Of a stretch of DNA of 64,000 bases, positions 40,146 through 52,449 are shown piece after piece. This DNA is from Oopsacas minuta (taxonomy: Eukaryota > Animalia > Porifera). The notes beneath the pieces are model-generated. The model was not told where the DNA came from. It searched no databases and saw only the letters and a list, made by a program, of their open reading frames with translations. The DNA lies in assembly GCA_024704765.1 (NCBI GenBank), contig JAKMXF010000357.1:62001-126000 (forward strand), in the 5' to 3' direction. The position numbers were made by a program, and so were the translations under genes. The stretch's first letter is position 1, and each line of letters opens with the position of its first letter.

Positions 40146-41068
40146 CATACGCCTGACTTCAAGGCTCCGGCATGCTGACTTGGGACACAGGATAGCTCTC
40201 GCCATGTTATCAATGAAGGTATGCTGACATCATCAGAGGATACTGCTGCTAAACTACCTAAGTTGGACAGCCTATAGCGGAAATACAGGATCAGCGTGTA
40301 TGTATACTATCAGCCTCAGTTGAGACAACACTCTGGGAGAGTTGGTTCTACCTGCAAAATACCAGCGGACAGCCAAGGAAGAGCAGTGACTCTGATGCAG
40401 ATGATGTACACGAATGCCTCATCTTTGAGACTAACGCAACCTCGGAATGCTGCAGCGAAGCAAGATGTGGCTAGCTGATGACACCTTCAAGACGGTACCT
40501 CCCCTCTTGGCCCAGGTTTATGTCGTACATGGACTTGGTGGCGGTGATAATCCTATGAAGACTGTCATTCGCTGCCAGGACTATTCATCAACTGTCCAAC
40601 AAGGCGAAGTATGCCTACTTGAGGATGTGAATGCAGGTCCGCATACTCTGTCCCCCTTGCTCAGCCTCAGAAGATACACAGAGACTTTGAGAAGGGCGCG
40701 ATTTCCAGCTTTAGGGATGTCTGGCCTAATACAGTGATGAAATGCTGCTACTTCCACCTCACACAGAATATCTGGAGCCATATGCAGGCCTGCACCCTGC
40801 CTACACACATGATGAAGAGCTAGCCATGCGCATCCGGAAGATACCAGCCATAGCATTGGCCAGACAAATCTAGTATCCGATCTATTTGACCAAGTGGTAA
40901 TGGACATTCCCTTACGATCGAGATAGGCGATCTAGTCCGCTACTTTGAGAGGACGTATATAGGGCACACAGTAGCGAGTAGATAGCAAATAGCGGCGATG
41001 TACCTCATTCACCTGTGGAAATACCATACCGGCATGCCCTTAGGTCTCGCTCATACAACCAACGCCGT
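40146..41068 (+). pseudogene. MULE transposase remnant, copy 1 (5' part at ~34555-34657, 3' part at ~42766-43100)
   Basis: WLADDTFKTVPPLLAQVYVVHG resembles the MULE motif WxxDGTFKxxP..FxQLYxIH. Interrupted by RAG1-like element 2 and by 41069-42757. Confidence 0.8.
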
Positions 41069-42757
41069 CATAGGCTATTCTAAGGAAATTTATGTGACCC
41101 TGTGCAGATCTATCTTTTGTGTACTGCAATTATTTTACAATAGATTGCCAAGAAATAGGATCCTACTGAACAAACTATAGGAAAATTCGTCCCATCGAAC
41201 TTCAAAATTTATAATGCGTTTTAGTCTTAAGAGGTTAATATACCACGAATTTCCAAGTTTCCCCCCTTTACCCCACCCCCAAATGTATTTTATTGCATTT
41301 TTGATAGTTCTCTATGTTACGAAGATGTGGTAAATTTTTAGAGCTCTATCTTAAATATTCTCTGAAATATTTAGATTTTGGCTGACACCCCCTAACTTGG
41401 GCCTCAAACCACCCGAACATAAGGGTGAAGTATACCCAAAAAGACACACCAGTGGTAAAAATTGATGAAATATGAAGTATTGCAGGAATAGTATCTACTA
41501 TATGTGTATAACATGATGTGAAGATTTCATAGCACCTGCTTCCATAGTTTTTATGATATTTGCTCCCAAAGGTCATCTTTTCCCGTACCGTTGTATACCA
41601 GATTTTGGGTTCCTGAGGGGGGTACCATGAGATTACCTCATGAATTGCTACTGTATGAATGGGTATCAAACATACTATATTGTACTATGAGTATAAGGGC
41701 TATTTATGCTTATTTGTAATGTAATTTGCAAACTATTTACAACAAATGGGCATTATTTTCCATAGGAAGGTGGTGTTTTTCCTTCCTCAATTTCCTAGTA
41801 ACTTTTCAACTGCCATTTTCACGTCTCAAAATTCATAACTTGGCATGTATACAAGCTAGATTCAAAACTAATGGTGTGGGAGAGATCTCGTACCCTTGAT
41901 AAAGGTAAGTTGAAAGGATATACAATATAAGTTGAATTTTCAAAATGTTTAGCCGGAGATAAACTGATAGACCAAGTAGAGTGAGGTATGTTTGCTCGTT
42001 GCTACATATCGAAATTCTAATCAACTTACTATTCGTTCTAGGCGATTACGATTACATATCTATGTAGATTACAGAGATATCCTTGCTCAACGTTTCACAA
42101 TATACTTTGAAAGTGTACCAGTTAAAACTATTAGATCATTCTTATATATAGTTGTTAAAATATTGTTGCATTTTTGGATACTAGTCAATGTTCCAAAATC
42201 CTCCTAAAATCTCAAAGAGATCGAACAACTAGAACTTATCGCAGGTGTGTACATTGTTTTTCTAGCTCTTTAGTTCCAATAGCAAATGTATAGAAGAATG
42301 TTGACAACCCGCAGGCATCATCAATTAGTAAATTTACTTCATTTTGCCACTTTTCCAAATGCAATGTCTGACCTATGGACAACGTACTAAATTTTCATAA
42401 ATGGAAGAATTGGATTTGAGAAATGAATGTTCGTCTTGTAATGTTTACCACAAGCAGTTGTGTTCTACAAAATTAATACTTTCACCAACAGTTACAATAC
42501 ATGTAATGCTGTCAAACAGCTCTTTCCAAGTTATGGTAAAAGATACTGCTTCCTTGATATACATTCCGGTTTTTGTAATTGTCCTCTTTCAACATTAGAC
42601 ACTGTCGAAATATTTTCAGCATTGCATGATTTTGTATAAATTCTTGTAAGTTAAAAAGAATATCTACTACTTAAATAATACACACGAAAATTAAATAATT
42701 CACACTTGAAGTTTAAACGCACTTAAATGTCTATTAATCACGCAAAAATAGTCTATG
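41069..42757. mobile_element. Non-autonomous TIR element (P- or hAT-like) inserted in MULE copy 1
   Basis: CATAGGCTATT / AATAGTCTATG ends; 8-bp flanks AACGCCGT / AACTCCGT. MULE homology resumes after it. Confidence 0.75.
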
Positions 42758-43229
42758 AACTCCGTAGAGACATGATACTACAGCTTCAATGCCACAGTCG
42801 GCAACCATCACCCCACATGAAGTTCATCCTCGCCCTCAACTGTGAGGAGGGTCTAGTGGAAGTTTGGCATGCTAACTACCTTGCTGAGGAGCCACCAACC
42901 AAGCAAAGGAGGCCTCAGCAGAGCGAGGAACGCTGAATACTAAATTCGGAGAATTTATCCATCAGACCATCTAATGCGAAGTTCCATTTAAATGCACGAA
43001 ATCATTTCAGCCTAAGAACGGATGTTACTCTTCCATAGTATCTAGCCCTCAAATAAATTTGATTCGATATAATACTTTAGAGATTAATATGTTAATCCGC
43101 TCCCAGACTGAAATATGTGCTACACCCTGCAACAACTCCATTTTAGTAGGACCTGGAAATAGGATTCACGAACTAGAGCATCCAACGCTCATCACTCGGC
43201 TGAGACCTACTCCGCTTGGTTGATGGCTT

Positions 43230-44272
43230 CCCTGCAAGGTAGTTAATATGCCAGACCTCCACTAGGCCCTCCTCACCCTTGAGGGCGAGGATGAACTTCC
43301 ATATGGCGGGGTGATGGCATCCGACTGTGGTATTGAAGCTGTGGTGCTATGCCACTACTGCAATGGTTATACCAGGGAGACCAAAGGGCGTGCCGATGTA
43401 GTAGTTCCACAGGTGAATGAGGTACGTCGCCGATATATGGTATCTACTCGCTAATGTGTACCCTATATACGTCATCTCAAAGTAGTCGACTAGAATTCAC
43501 TACAGTGTTAGGGCAGACATTCTCAAAGCTGGAAATCGCGCCCTTCTCAAAGTCTCTGTGTATCTTCTGAGGCTGAGCAAGGGGGACAGAGTATGCGGAC
43601 CTGCATTCACATCCTCAAGTAGGCATACTTCGCCTTGTTGGACAGTTGATGAATAGTCCTGGCAGCGAATGACAGTCTTCATAGGATTATCACTTCCACC
43701 AAGTCCATGTACCACATAAACCTGGGCCAAGAGGGGAGGTACCGTCTTGAAGGTGTCATCAGCTAGCCACATCTTGCTTCGCTGCAGCATTCCGAGGTTG
43801 CGTTAGTCTCAAAGATGAGGCATTCGTGTACATCATCTGCATCAGAGTCACTGCTCTTCCTTGGCTGTCCGCTGGTATTTTGCAGGTAGAACCAACTCTC
43901 CCAGAGTGTTGTCTCAACTGAGGCTGATAGTATACATACACGCTGATCCTGTATTTTCCGCTATAGGCTGTCCAACTTAGGTAGTTTAGCAGCAGTATCC
44001 TCTGATGATGTCAGCATACCTTCACTGATTACATGGTGAGAGCTATCCTGTGTCCCAAGTCAGCATCCCGGAGCCTTGACGTCAGGCATATGATGGTGCT
44101 CATTCGTACACTTCACTATCTCCATACCCTTGGTACTAATCCTTGCTTTTCACTCCACTCTCTGCTCATACTGCCAATGTTTCATCTCTAAAACTCCCCT
44201 AGATCTATATTCGCTGAAATTCATGCGCCTGTAGGCGCGTTGCATACGCCTGGATGAAATCCTGGACATACC
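43230..44272 (-). pseudogene. MULE remnant, copy 2, inverted relative to copy 1
   Basis: ORFs 43759-43941 and 43500-43790 are (near) identical to 40296-40478 and 40447-40737. Confidence 0.85.
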
Positions 44273-44315
44273 TCATTTACGGAACTTTCCGTTCCGTTCC
44301 GTAAATTCGGTATGT

Positions 44316-44596
44316 CCAGAATTATGATCATATTGCTAATAATGAATCCCTGCTAATAACATCCTATTCCTGTAGGATTTCAAATTTTTAAAGAATGACA
44401 AATAGTATGATATTACTAAAATGACAAATAATATCAATCTAGATCCAATAGCATAAATGTAGATTTTTGGATCTAGATTGTTATTATTTGTCACTAGTAT
44501 TATTTATCATATACACATTAATCGAATGTAATAGGATGTTTCTTCAAAATTTGAAATCAAAATAGGATGATATTAGCAATATGATCATAATTCTGG
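44316..44596. repeat. ~280-bp imperfect palindrome (foldback)
   Basis: CCAGAATTATGATCATATTGCTAATA ... TATTAGCAATATGATCATAATTCTGG, with inner arms pairing around ~44455. Confidence 0.85.
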
Positions 44597-44690
44597 GGTT
44601 CCATTGTACATATTACTCATTCTCATCTCGAGGCTCTGCGGGCCACACTAAGGTATTGCGGGCAGCAAGTTGGCCACCCCTGTGTTAGAG

Positions 44691-45879
44691 CTTATTGTGA
44701 GGGAGAACCTTGTTTCCTTTCGCTAACCTCAATAAGCGATATTCGACAAATAGAACTATATTTGGTGAAACATCTAAATCAACACATCCCAGTGAATCTG
44801 ATATTTCTGAGACTAATGCTACCCATATATCTTCAAATATTTGAAGTTGTACGTTGTCTGAAGGTTTCAAATATTCTAAATCTATTTTCCTATCAGTCCG
44901 AATCATGTAATAATTCATTACAAGAATTTATACAGTCATTTCACCTGAAGAGAAGCTATTTTCAGATACTGATATTCATCTTGACCCTTTCCTTAGTGCA
45001 ATTTCTGATCTATCCAGCATTGAGTGTGTTCCCAAACAATTCAATCATTAGCTTTCATTGCCGGATGTGCTGCACACCAATACCTGAAACGAAGTCTACC
45101 ATGTACTTATGTCAAGATGTATTAATAATTGATAAGGATTTCCTAATTCATGAATCAACCAGATTTCAGGATAGACGGCTTGAGATTACTGATCGTGGAG
45201 GTCTAAAATATCCTTCTCAACTTGTCTCGGATTCTATAATCACTGTTTGGAATATTTTCACTGTTATCGAAGGAAATGCAGAATTGATGAGGATATTTGT
45301 TGAAGGATCATCTAGGCAGATTCTATTGGATCTTGTGTGCTGTTGATGATGGATGTTGGAAAGAACAATGCCCCTCTTGCAAGTTAAATAGGTCATCTAT
45401 TCTTCGCAAACTTGTATTCACTGAAGCGAATTGTTTAATAGGTAAGAAAGTGAAAAATTATAATTCTAAGGTAGTTTCGAAAGGATTAGAGAAACGAAAG
45501 TTGAAAAATTTAATTCTTAGTACTTTCATTGGCAGAACAGCTAACAGATCCTATATTTAGTAATTTTCTTTTTCATCTATTTGTACTTGTAATTTGACTC
45601 AATTGCAATTTTCTTATAGTTCTATTGTTATATTGACAATTAAAATACTAATTGTTGCATTTCTGACGAAATATATTTGGACAAATATAATGATGGAAAA
45701 TCCATCCCTATTTCATCCACAATTGCATCCATGGTCCCAAATTCTCTTATTTTTGGTAGACTAGGTTTGACCATATTGGCAATAAAAGAAGATATAACCA
45801 TTTTCACAGTAGATCGGGGACCCCATCCCTGGTACATATTTCAATTGTTACTGTGATGCCTTATATATAGTAGGCTATG
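44691..45879 (+). mobile_element. P/THAP element, right half (transposase C-terminal remnant plus TIR)
   Basis: DRGGLKYPS and ANCLIGKKVKNYN motifs. TIR CCTTATATATAGTAGGCTATG ends at 45879 (20/21 to the 11845 TIR); inner ~75-bp inverted block 45745-45819 pairs with 11877-11950. Confidence 0.85.
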
Positions 45880-45939
45880 ACCTAACCAACCTGACTGAGT
45901 GATCAGGTTAACTTGGCCAACCTGACCGAGTGGTGCCAT

Positions 45940-46095
45940 ATTGGGGAAATTCAATGACCAAAAGTGGTCAAGTTGAAACCTGACCAGTGGCTACGGCCCT
46001 GATTAACTATTCCAAATGTCATCCGACCTGGTCTAATAGGGCCGTAGCCACTGGGGTCGGGTTTCAACCTGACCACTTTTGGTTACTGAATTTTT
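45940..46095. repeat. Short hairpin MITE
   Basis: CCAAAAGTGGTCAAGTTGAAACC...GTGGCTACGGCCCT is inverted as AGGGCCGTAGCCAC...GGTTTCAACCTGACCACTTTTGG. Confidence 0.7.
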
Positions 46096-46315
46096 TAATA
46101 AGTGGTGTTATCATTGAGAAATAATTACAGCAGAAACCTACTGAATTAATAGTACAGTGGAAGCCGCTTAATCAGGTATTTGGTAACTGGTTCCACCGGC
46201 GTTGTGTATACATTTGCACAGGGTAATGAAATAAGCTACAGTATACGACTGTACTTGCAACCTATAAGATTCGAACCCGCTGAGACTGTCTTTCGGATAA
46301 TTGAGGTCATTTATA

Positions 46316-47217
46316 CAGTTAAGGGACAAAAGTATTCGACCACACAAATATATTGTCATAAATTGTATACTCTTTCCCGTTCCTATACACTGTATAGTCT
46401 ATATTCGTAGCTGCAATCTAGTAATTTGTATAGAATAACATGTTTTTCAAGAATTTCAAAAAAATATTTTCGATTTACACTTTTTGAAGGTGTTAATTAT
46501 TAATAATTATTAGATAATTATTGATAATCAAAATATGTGGTAATTCAAAGCCTATTAAGAATCTATAATTTCTGACTTGATATTTGAATTCTACTTAGGC
46601 GAGTTACCCCAGATTAAAATTTCAATGGGATTGAACAATTTTTGCCAGAGTTATAGATGAATTTCAATTTGTGCCATTTGTGCCACCTTTTGCCCAAGGG
46701 GCACAAGTGGCCGTTACCAAGAGGTTATTTTGTAATTCAAGGGTTAGCATAGTAATATAATTCGAAAATATTACTATGACTTATTCCTCCTAACCCTAGT
46801 TGATTTCCTTGTAGTGGCGCTTTTTCCAGCCACCAGTGTCACTTTTTGCAACAAGTGGCACAAATTGAAATTCTTCTATAACTTTGGTAAAAATTGTTCA
46901 ATCCCATTGGAAATTTTAATCTGGGGTAACTCGCCTAAGTAGAATTCAAATATCAAGTCAGAAATTATAGATTCTTAATAGGCTTTGAATTACCACATAT
47001 TTTGATTATCAATAATTATCTAATAATTATTAATAATTAACACCTTCAAAAAGTGTAAATCGAAAATATTTTTTTGAAATTCTTGAAAAACATGTTATTC
47101 TATACAAATTACTAGATTGCAGCTACGAATATAGACTATACAGTATATAGGAGCGGGAAAGAGTATACAATTTATGACAATATATTTGTGTGGTCGAATA
47201 CTTTTGTCCCTTAACTG
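46316..47217. mobile_element. Tc1/mariner-type foldback MITE with ~365-bp near-perfect arms
   Basis: CAGTTAAGGGACAAAAGTATTCGACC at both ends with TA flanks; arms ~46316-46680 and ~46855-47217. Confidence 0.92.
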
Positions 47218-48328
47218 TACATAGTGGAATAGGAACTGGGATCAGAGGGCATGCTCGGATAATGGAGGTTTCACTGTAAGTAATATCATAACTAATAAGG
47301 TTACTTATAATACCAACCATAACAGGTCACGTAAATTCTGTTCGTAGGTCAATACAAGGTATATTCCTGAGATTAGGGTAGTATAGCATGATATAGAGGT
47401 CAAGAGGTGAGCAGAAGGACCCAAAACTGTTTGCAAAATGAGCTAATATTTAAGTGATAAATAGTAGATTCCCCCAGGGTGTAAATAGTATTCAAAGAAA
47501 TTGGCGCCAAATGGATGAATACAATATATGTGTCAGAGCTGGCTCTCCTATAAGGGTTCTTGGCAATGATAGTGGCCTCCGTGATGTAACAAAATGAAAA
47601 TATTGGGGAGCAATTGGATCTTACAAATTATCATTTTTTATTTGATGTTCAAGTTTATTACAAAAAGTATGAGAGTGTAGCGAGAGAGCCGAAATGTAGA
47701 GGTTTAAGAGGTCGAGAAATGTAGGAAATAAAATGGAAGCATTACCAAGCCCCCCTCCCCTCCCCACAGTTACGCCACTGAGTGGGATACGGTTGTACCC
47801 CAGCACTTTTGGCAGGCCAATGAAGTAAATAGTCGAGACCACTCGCGCTGGGTGCCAATCTACAACCTACAATGTAACCAGGGTGGTCGGGGTAGTGCGA
47901 GTACATTGATAAATAGGATAAATATATATAGCCAACAAAGAAATTTTATGCGGTTTGGTACAGAACCAATATGTTTACTGTAGTGCCTGATAATTACAAC
48001 ACAGAGTAGCAATCGAAAATGTCGCACCATATGCGCACCACCATGACTCAACAACATGTCGCTACTCCACTGAATGCAAAAATAAAAGCGATTTATGTAA
48101 CATGTCGACAAGATTTCTCAGCACCAGGAGAATGAATGTATTCATGTAGGAAAGTCGGAATCAACAATGCAATAGGCTGTGGATGGGGCACCCTACCTAT
48201 AGCAAAATAAAGTAAAATAATACAGAATAATATATCAATATATAACTACAACTTAGCAGAATAATAAAAGCAAGAATAGGAAATCAGACGATTAATAAAT
48301 GACTAAATAAATCAAATACATATATTTA

Positions 48329-49417
48329 TCATGTTGCATTAATTTTGTTAACATTCAAATTGGCTTGAAGTAGAGGTTCCTTCTCGATATTTTTATTTGT
48401 AAATGAACATGTCTTCCCAGGAATTCTATACAAAACATAATGCTGAACTACAAAAAGTATATCGAACAAAACTGAGAATAGACCCAGACCAAATTTGGTC
48501 GGGTCTCCAAAAATAGACCCCCAGTCATTATTGTTATAAGAAACAATAAACATTTGAAGAATGCTCAAAGAGCCTCCAGTGAAGTCCAACAACACATTTC
48601 CAATGCTCCAACCTATTGTAGATTTTCGTTTAAAATTCATATAAGCTTGGGGCACGTACTTAATAAGCGTGATGAAGAGCTTGATGTAGGAAAGTACATA
48701 AAGAAATACCAACCAAGTGGTCTTGCCAGCAATAGCAATTATACCAGCTATTGTTACAATCAGAAAAAATGCGGATAGGAATGTAACAGCAATATATGAA
48801 ATCCTCTGTCCATTTCTCTCAAAACAAAAACACTGAAGAATCGTGAACAGAGTTATCAAGACTGCGTGTACTGCAAATATAACGTCATTTAACTTTACTG
48901 GGTTAACACCACCTCGGTGCTGAGAGAAATAAATATCTTGAATTTCAGAAGACCAATATAAACAAGAATTGAATAAAGCGTAAAATGTAAATCCAAGGAT
49001 ATTGTAGGCTAAGAAGTCAAAATTAAGTCCAACAACGCTCCTGCGATAGAAATTGAGGATAACCTGAGGGTAGAATGAAATTGACCATGCTAAGAAATAA
49101 CACCATCCAATTACCATAGAGAGTATTTCTAAAGCTGGAATGTGAACAACAGAAAAATGTATAAATTGTGTAGCCAATGTGGATGAATTAATAGAATAAG
49201 TAGTAGATCCCACGTTTTCAGCAATATATCCTACTGTACTAGAGTTTAAGGATGGGAAGAGGGTTAAGTGAGATTGATAGAGGAAGGTAACATTATTGAA
49301 TGGAGGAACTTCGGTGATATCAACCTCGGTTGGAATTGAAACGTTGTAATACAAAGTAAAATTACCATGATCCCCTATTGAAAGTAGTGGAACTTGAGAA
49401 GTATATAAATGCGACAT
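48329..49417 (-). CDS. CTNS: Cystinosin (PQ-loop lysosomal cystine transporter); signal-peptide exon probably upstream
   Basis: GWCYFLAWSISFYPQ, SVVGLNFDF, LIKYVPQAYMNF, GWSIGNVLLDFTGG, FGDPTKFGLG. The ORF start follows a splice-acceptor-like TTATTTTATTGTAG. Confidence 0.95.
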   Translation of the reverse strand: MSHLYTSQVPLLSIGDHGNFTLYYNVSIPTEVDITEVPPFNNVTFLYQSHLTLFPSLNSSTVGYIAENVGSTTYSINSSTLATQFIHFSVVHIPALEILSMVIGWCYFLAWSISFYPQVILNFYRRSVVGLNFDFLAYNILGFTFYALFNSCLYWSSEIQDIYFSQHRGGVNPVKLNDVIFAVHAVLITLFTILQCFCFERNGQRISYIAVTFLSAFFLIVTIAGIIAIAGKTTWLVFLYVLSYIKLFITLIKYVPQAYMNFKRKSTIGWSIGNVLLDFTGGSLSILQMFIVSYNNNDWGSIFGDPTKFGLGLFSVLFDILFVVQHYVLYRIPGKTCSFTNKNIEKEPLLQANLNVNKINAT

Positions 49418-50761
49418 CTACAATAAAATAATTGAGAAAATAAAATTTTACAGCTAAGCATTAAAGATAAGGCCTGATCACTACTTTGACCAGGGATAAA
49501 AGGAAGTGGATATATTATGATGGGAAAATTCTATAATCGCCAATAGTATGAAATAGCTTTTCACCCAAATAAATGTATTATTATTATTATGTAAGAATTC
49601 ACAAAAGCCATAATTGTGAAAAATTTTAAGCGAAAAGACGTCATCTGTTAGCGTAAGTGGAAAGTACGTTTAAAAAATGTGTAAATGAATAATTAACGTA
49701 TCACAGGTCAAAATAGCTTTGTTGAGTGTAGTCCACTGTTAGTTTTGTGGTTAGTTGTGACACAACATGGTCATAATTTGTTTACCAAATGTTTGGTGAA
49801 GAATACCTCTGTTTAAATGGAGAGATTTTGAGCTTTTTCATAGTGGGTATTGAAACAAAAAAATGAGTTTGATACTAATGGTATTACCAGCTTACATAAT
49901 GCATATTCTGAAGAACTTTTAATGTTGAATGTTTAGTTAATGAACCAATTCCCCTCTTCTATGTAAGAATTTCCCTGCCCAATTCTTACATAAAAGATGT
50001 AGCAGCTACTACTTTGCAGTACTTCCATCATCTACTACCTGAGTCCACCATTCCAGGTAATGATCAGTACTTTGTGCAAGATCGATTTGTTATACATATG
50101 TATACTTCTAATCAAATAGAACTCTTAAAATTATTTAAGGGAAATGATGTAGTTTATAAAATTAGATGCTATTGATCCCTGATCAGTAAACATCCTTCAT
50201 GCTCTAACGAAATATTGTATTATGCTCCAACTAATCAGCATCCTGACTATTCCACCAGTCTAATAACTTGAGCATAAACGATCAGTAGTGAATTAGCTTG
50301 TAGTCCTTATGCAAACAAATATTTAAAGAGTAAAGAAAATGCAAGTAGAAAATGAAGAAAATTGAAGTAGGAATCGTCTAAAAGGAAAAAAAACAAATTT
50401 AGCTATATCAAACCTTCCTATTTGTATACTTCAAAATAATTTGAAAGTTATAAATCGAATAATATACCATTAGATAGTCAACAAATCCGTTAGCAAATAG
50501 AGAAATACAAGTATCATTTAAGACTGTGTATGAGCAGGTTAAATACCCAAAGGAAGTTCAAAACATTAGTTTACCAGGCAAGGAAGTAGAAATAATACCG
50601 ATTTAGACCTTATAGAAGTTGGTTGAACTAGATTATACATTTCCTAGGTTCCAACCCGTTACTTCTAAGGAACAAAAGGTTATTTGTGAAAGGTTAAACT
50701 TAAAATTGTATAATTCACTAGTTTTTCCAGAAATGAAATCTCAGAAATTAAAAAAATGACT

Positions 50762-52445
50762 CATAGCCTACTAAATATATGGTCTAACAGTAAAAGTACC
50801 AGGGATGCGTTATTAACTGATATTGGAGAATTTTGTTATTGTCTTAAATATCTAATGAAAATGTTATCTCAAGTATTATTAATAATCCCTCGCAGGAATT
50901 AAACTAAGATATTGAAATTATATTTGAAGTTAACTGAAACTAATGTATATTGGACAATAACCCAATCAACATACATAATAAATGTAAATACATACAATTA
51001 CAATAATAATACATACACTTCACAAAATCATGAGGACTTTTTCAGTTTACGTTTTCTATACCCCTAGAAGTGACAAGTGAATTACAGTTCTTAATCTTGT
51101 TGGCCAGAAAGCAATTAGCAGTAGTAAAAATAAGTTTGGGAAAGATATCTCATCTGGTAACATAAGAGATAGAACAATTTGATTTCCAGATATCAATACT
51201 TGCATCATCTTCCATGTATATCAATGTGAGCTCAACTAATATTTTTCTAGCTGGATCGTGTACAAGTAGATTCGCCAACTGATCATTATCTTCAATAGCA
51301 AACAGAATCTTCCAAAGAGTTATGACAGAGCTAAGAACAGGCTCAGATGGATATTTGAGCCCCCTCGATCTGTTAATTGCAAGAGCTTGAATTGAGAAAT
51401 TGAATCACTGTCAGGATTAAATTCTTTATCATAAGTTAGCGTATCAGTGCACAATCTACACTCTTGAAACCCTTTCAAGAATTTATAGACCGAATATCCT
51501 CCGATAAAAGCTAACGACTGGAGTATCTGCTGAGTGCATTCATTGATAATACATCGCTAATTCCATCAAGATATGGCTCAAGATCTATTTGGTCATCACT
51601 AGAAATAGTAGAGGGTGAATTCAAAGATTTGACAAAAGTATGTATGGATTGAGAAGAGTCCTGTTGGTCAGAAACATTTTTAAAATGTTAGAGAGCTTAA
51701 GATTACGCTAGGATTCAAGAATTTGAATGTAGGAAATATGATAATTCGAACCACCTATCATACGATAGATTCCAAGTGATGTTCCAATGGGTCTGTTTGC
51801 AGAAATGCAGACAAAACATAAGAGAATGCACATGACTCAGTTAGTTAGTTTGTTATCTGTCCTAAAGCAACACAAGGGTATCTCAAACTAGTATACGTTT
51901 GCTTACTCAATCTACCCGATTTGCCAAATCTAGTAGGATCAAATGAGTGAGGCACCCTAGTCCCCAATTTGCCACTCAGAGAAAATAGTTTGATAAGATT
52001 TACATTCAAAGGATAATTGTCAGTAAAATTACCTGTACACGTAAACCACAATTCTCAATATCAATGATACACTCATTGATGATGGGTAATAGCTTTTCAG
52101 CGGAAATAGATCCACATGGTAATAAACGTGAAACACAAGACCATTTCTTATGTAAGCTAGACACCATTACCGCAAACACAGTTCTGTTTAGGTCCTCTGG
52201 GTCCAAATTAGGAGCAAAGATTTTCCCTCCTTTATAAGTAATATCAGATTTAACATGTATTTCATCCATTTGAACTAAAATATTTCTCTCCAATGAACTG
52301 AGGAAGAAGTAGCTTGGGAGAGATAGGTAGAGAAATCGTTTTCAATGCCAAACGAAGAATACAATGTATTTAATGTCTGAACATGCAATAGAGAAAGATA
52401 CTCTAAACCCTGGAGATATGCATAACATGTTGACATTTAAGGACT
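50762..52445 (-). mobile_element. Decayed P/THAP9-like element, 3' part with terminus
   Basis: TIR CATAGCCTACTAAATATAT at 50762. QMDEIHVK, VFAVMVSSL, SRGLKYPS, TANCFLANKIKN. Confidence 0.85.
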
Positions 52446-52449
52446 TTTT

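Larger units (their letters stand above)
12830..44682 (-). mobile_element. hAT element (GTF2IRD2/SPIN-Charlie-like) whose two ends are 31.9 kb apart
   Basis: Perfect 14-bp TIR CAGGGGTGGCCAAC (12830) / GTTGGCCACCCCTG (44669-44682). 8-bp flanks TGTTATAG (12822-12829) / TGTTAGAG (44683-44690), 7/8 match. Confidence 0.85.
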
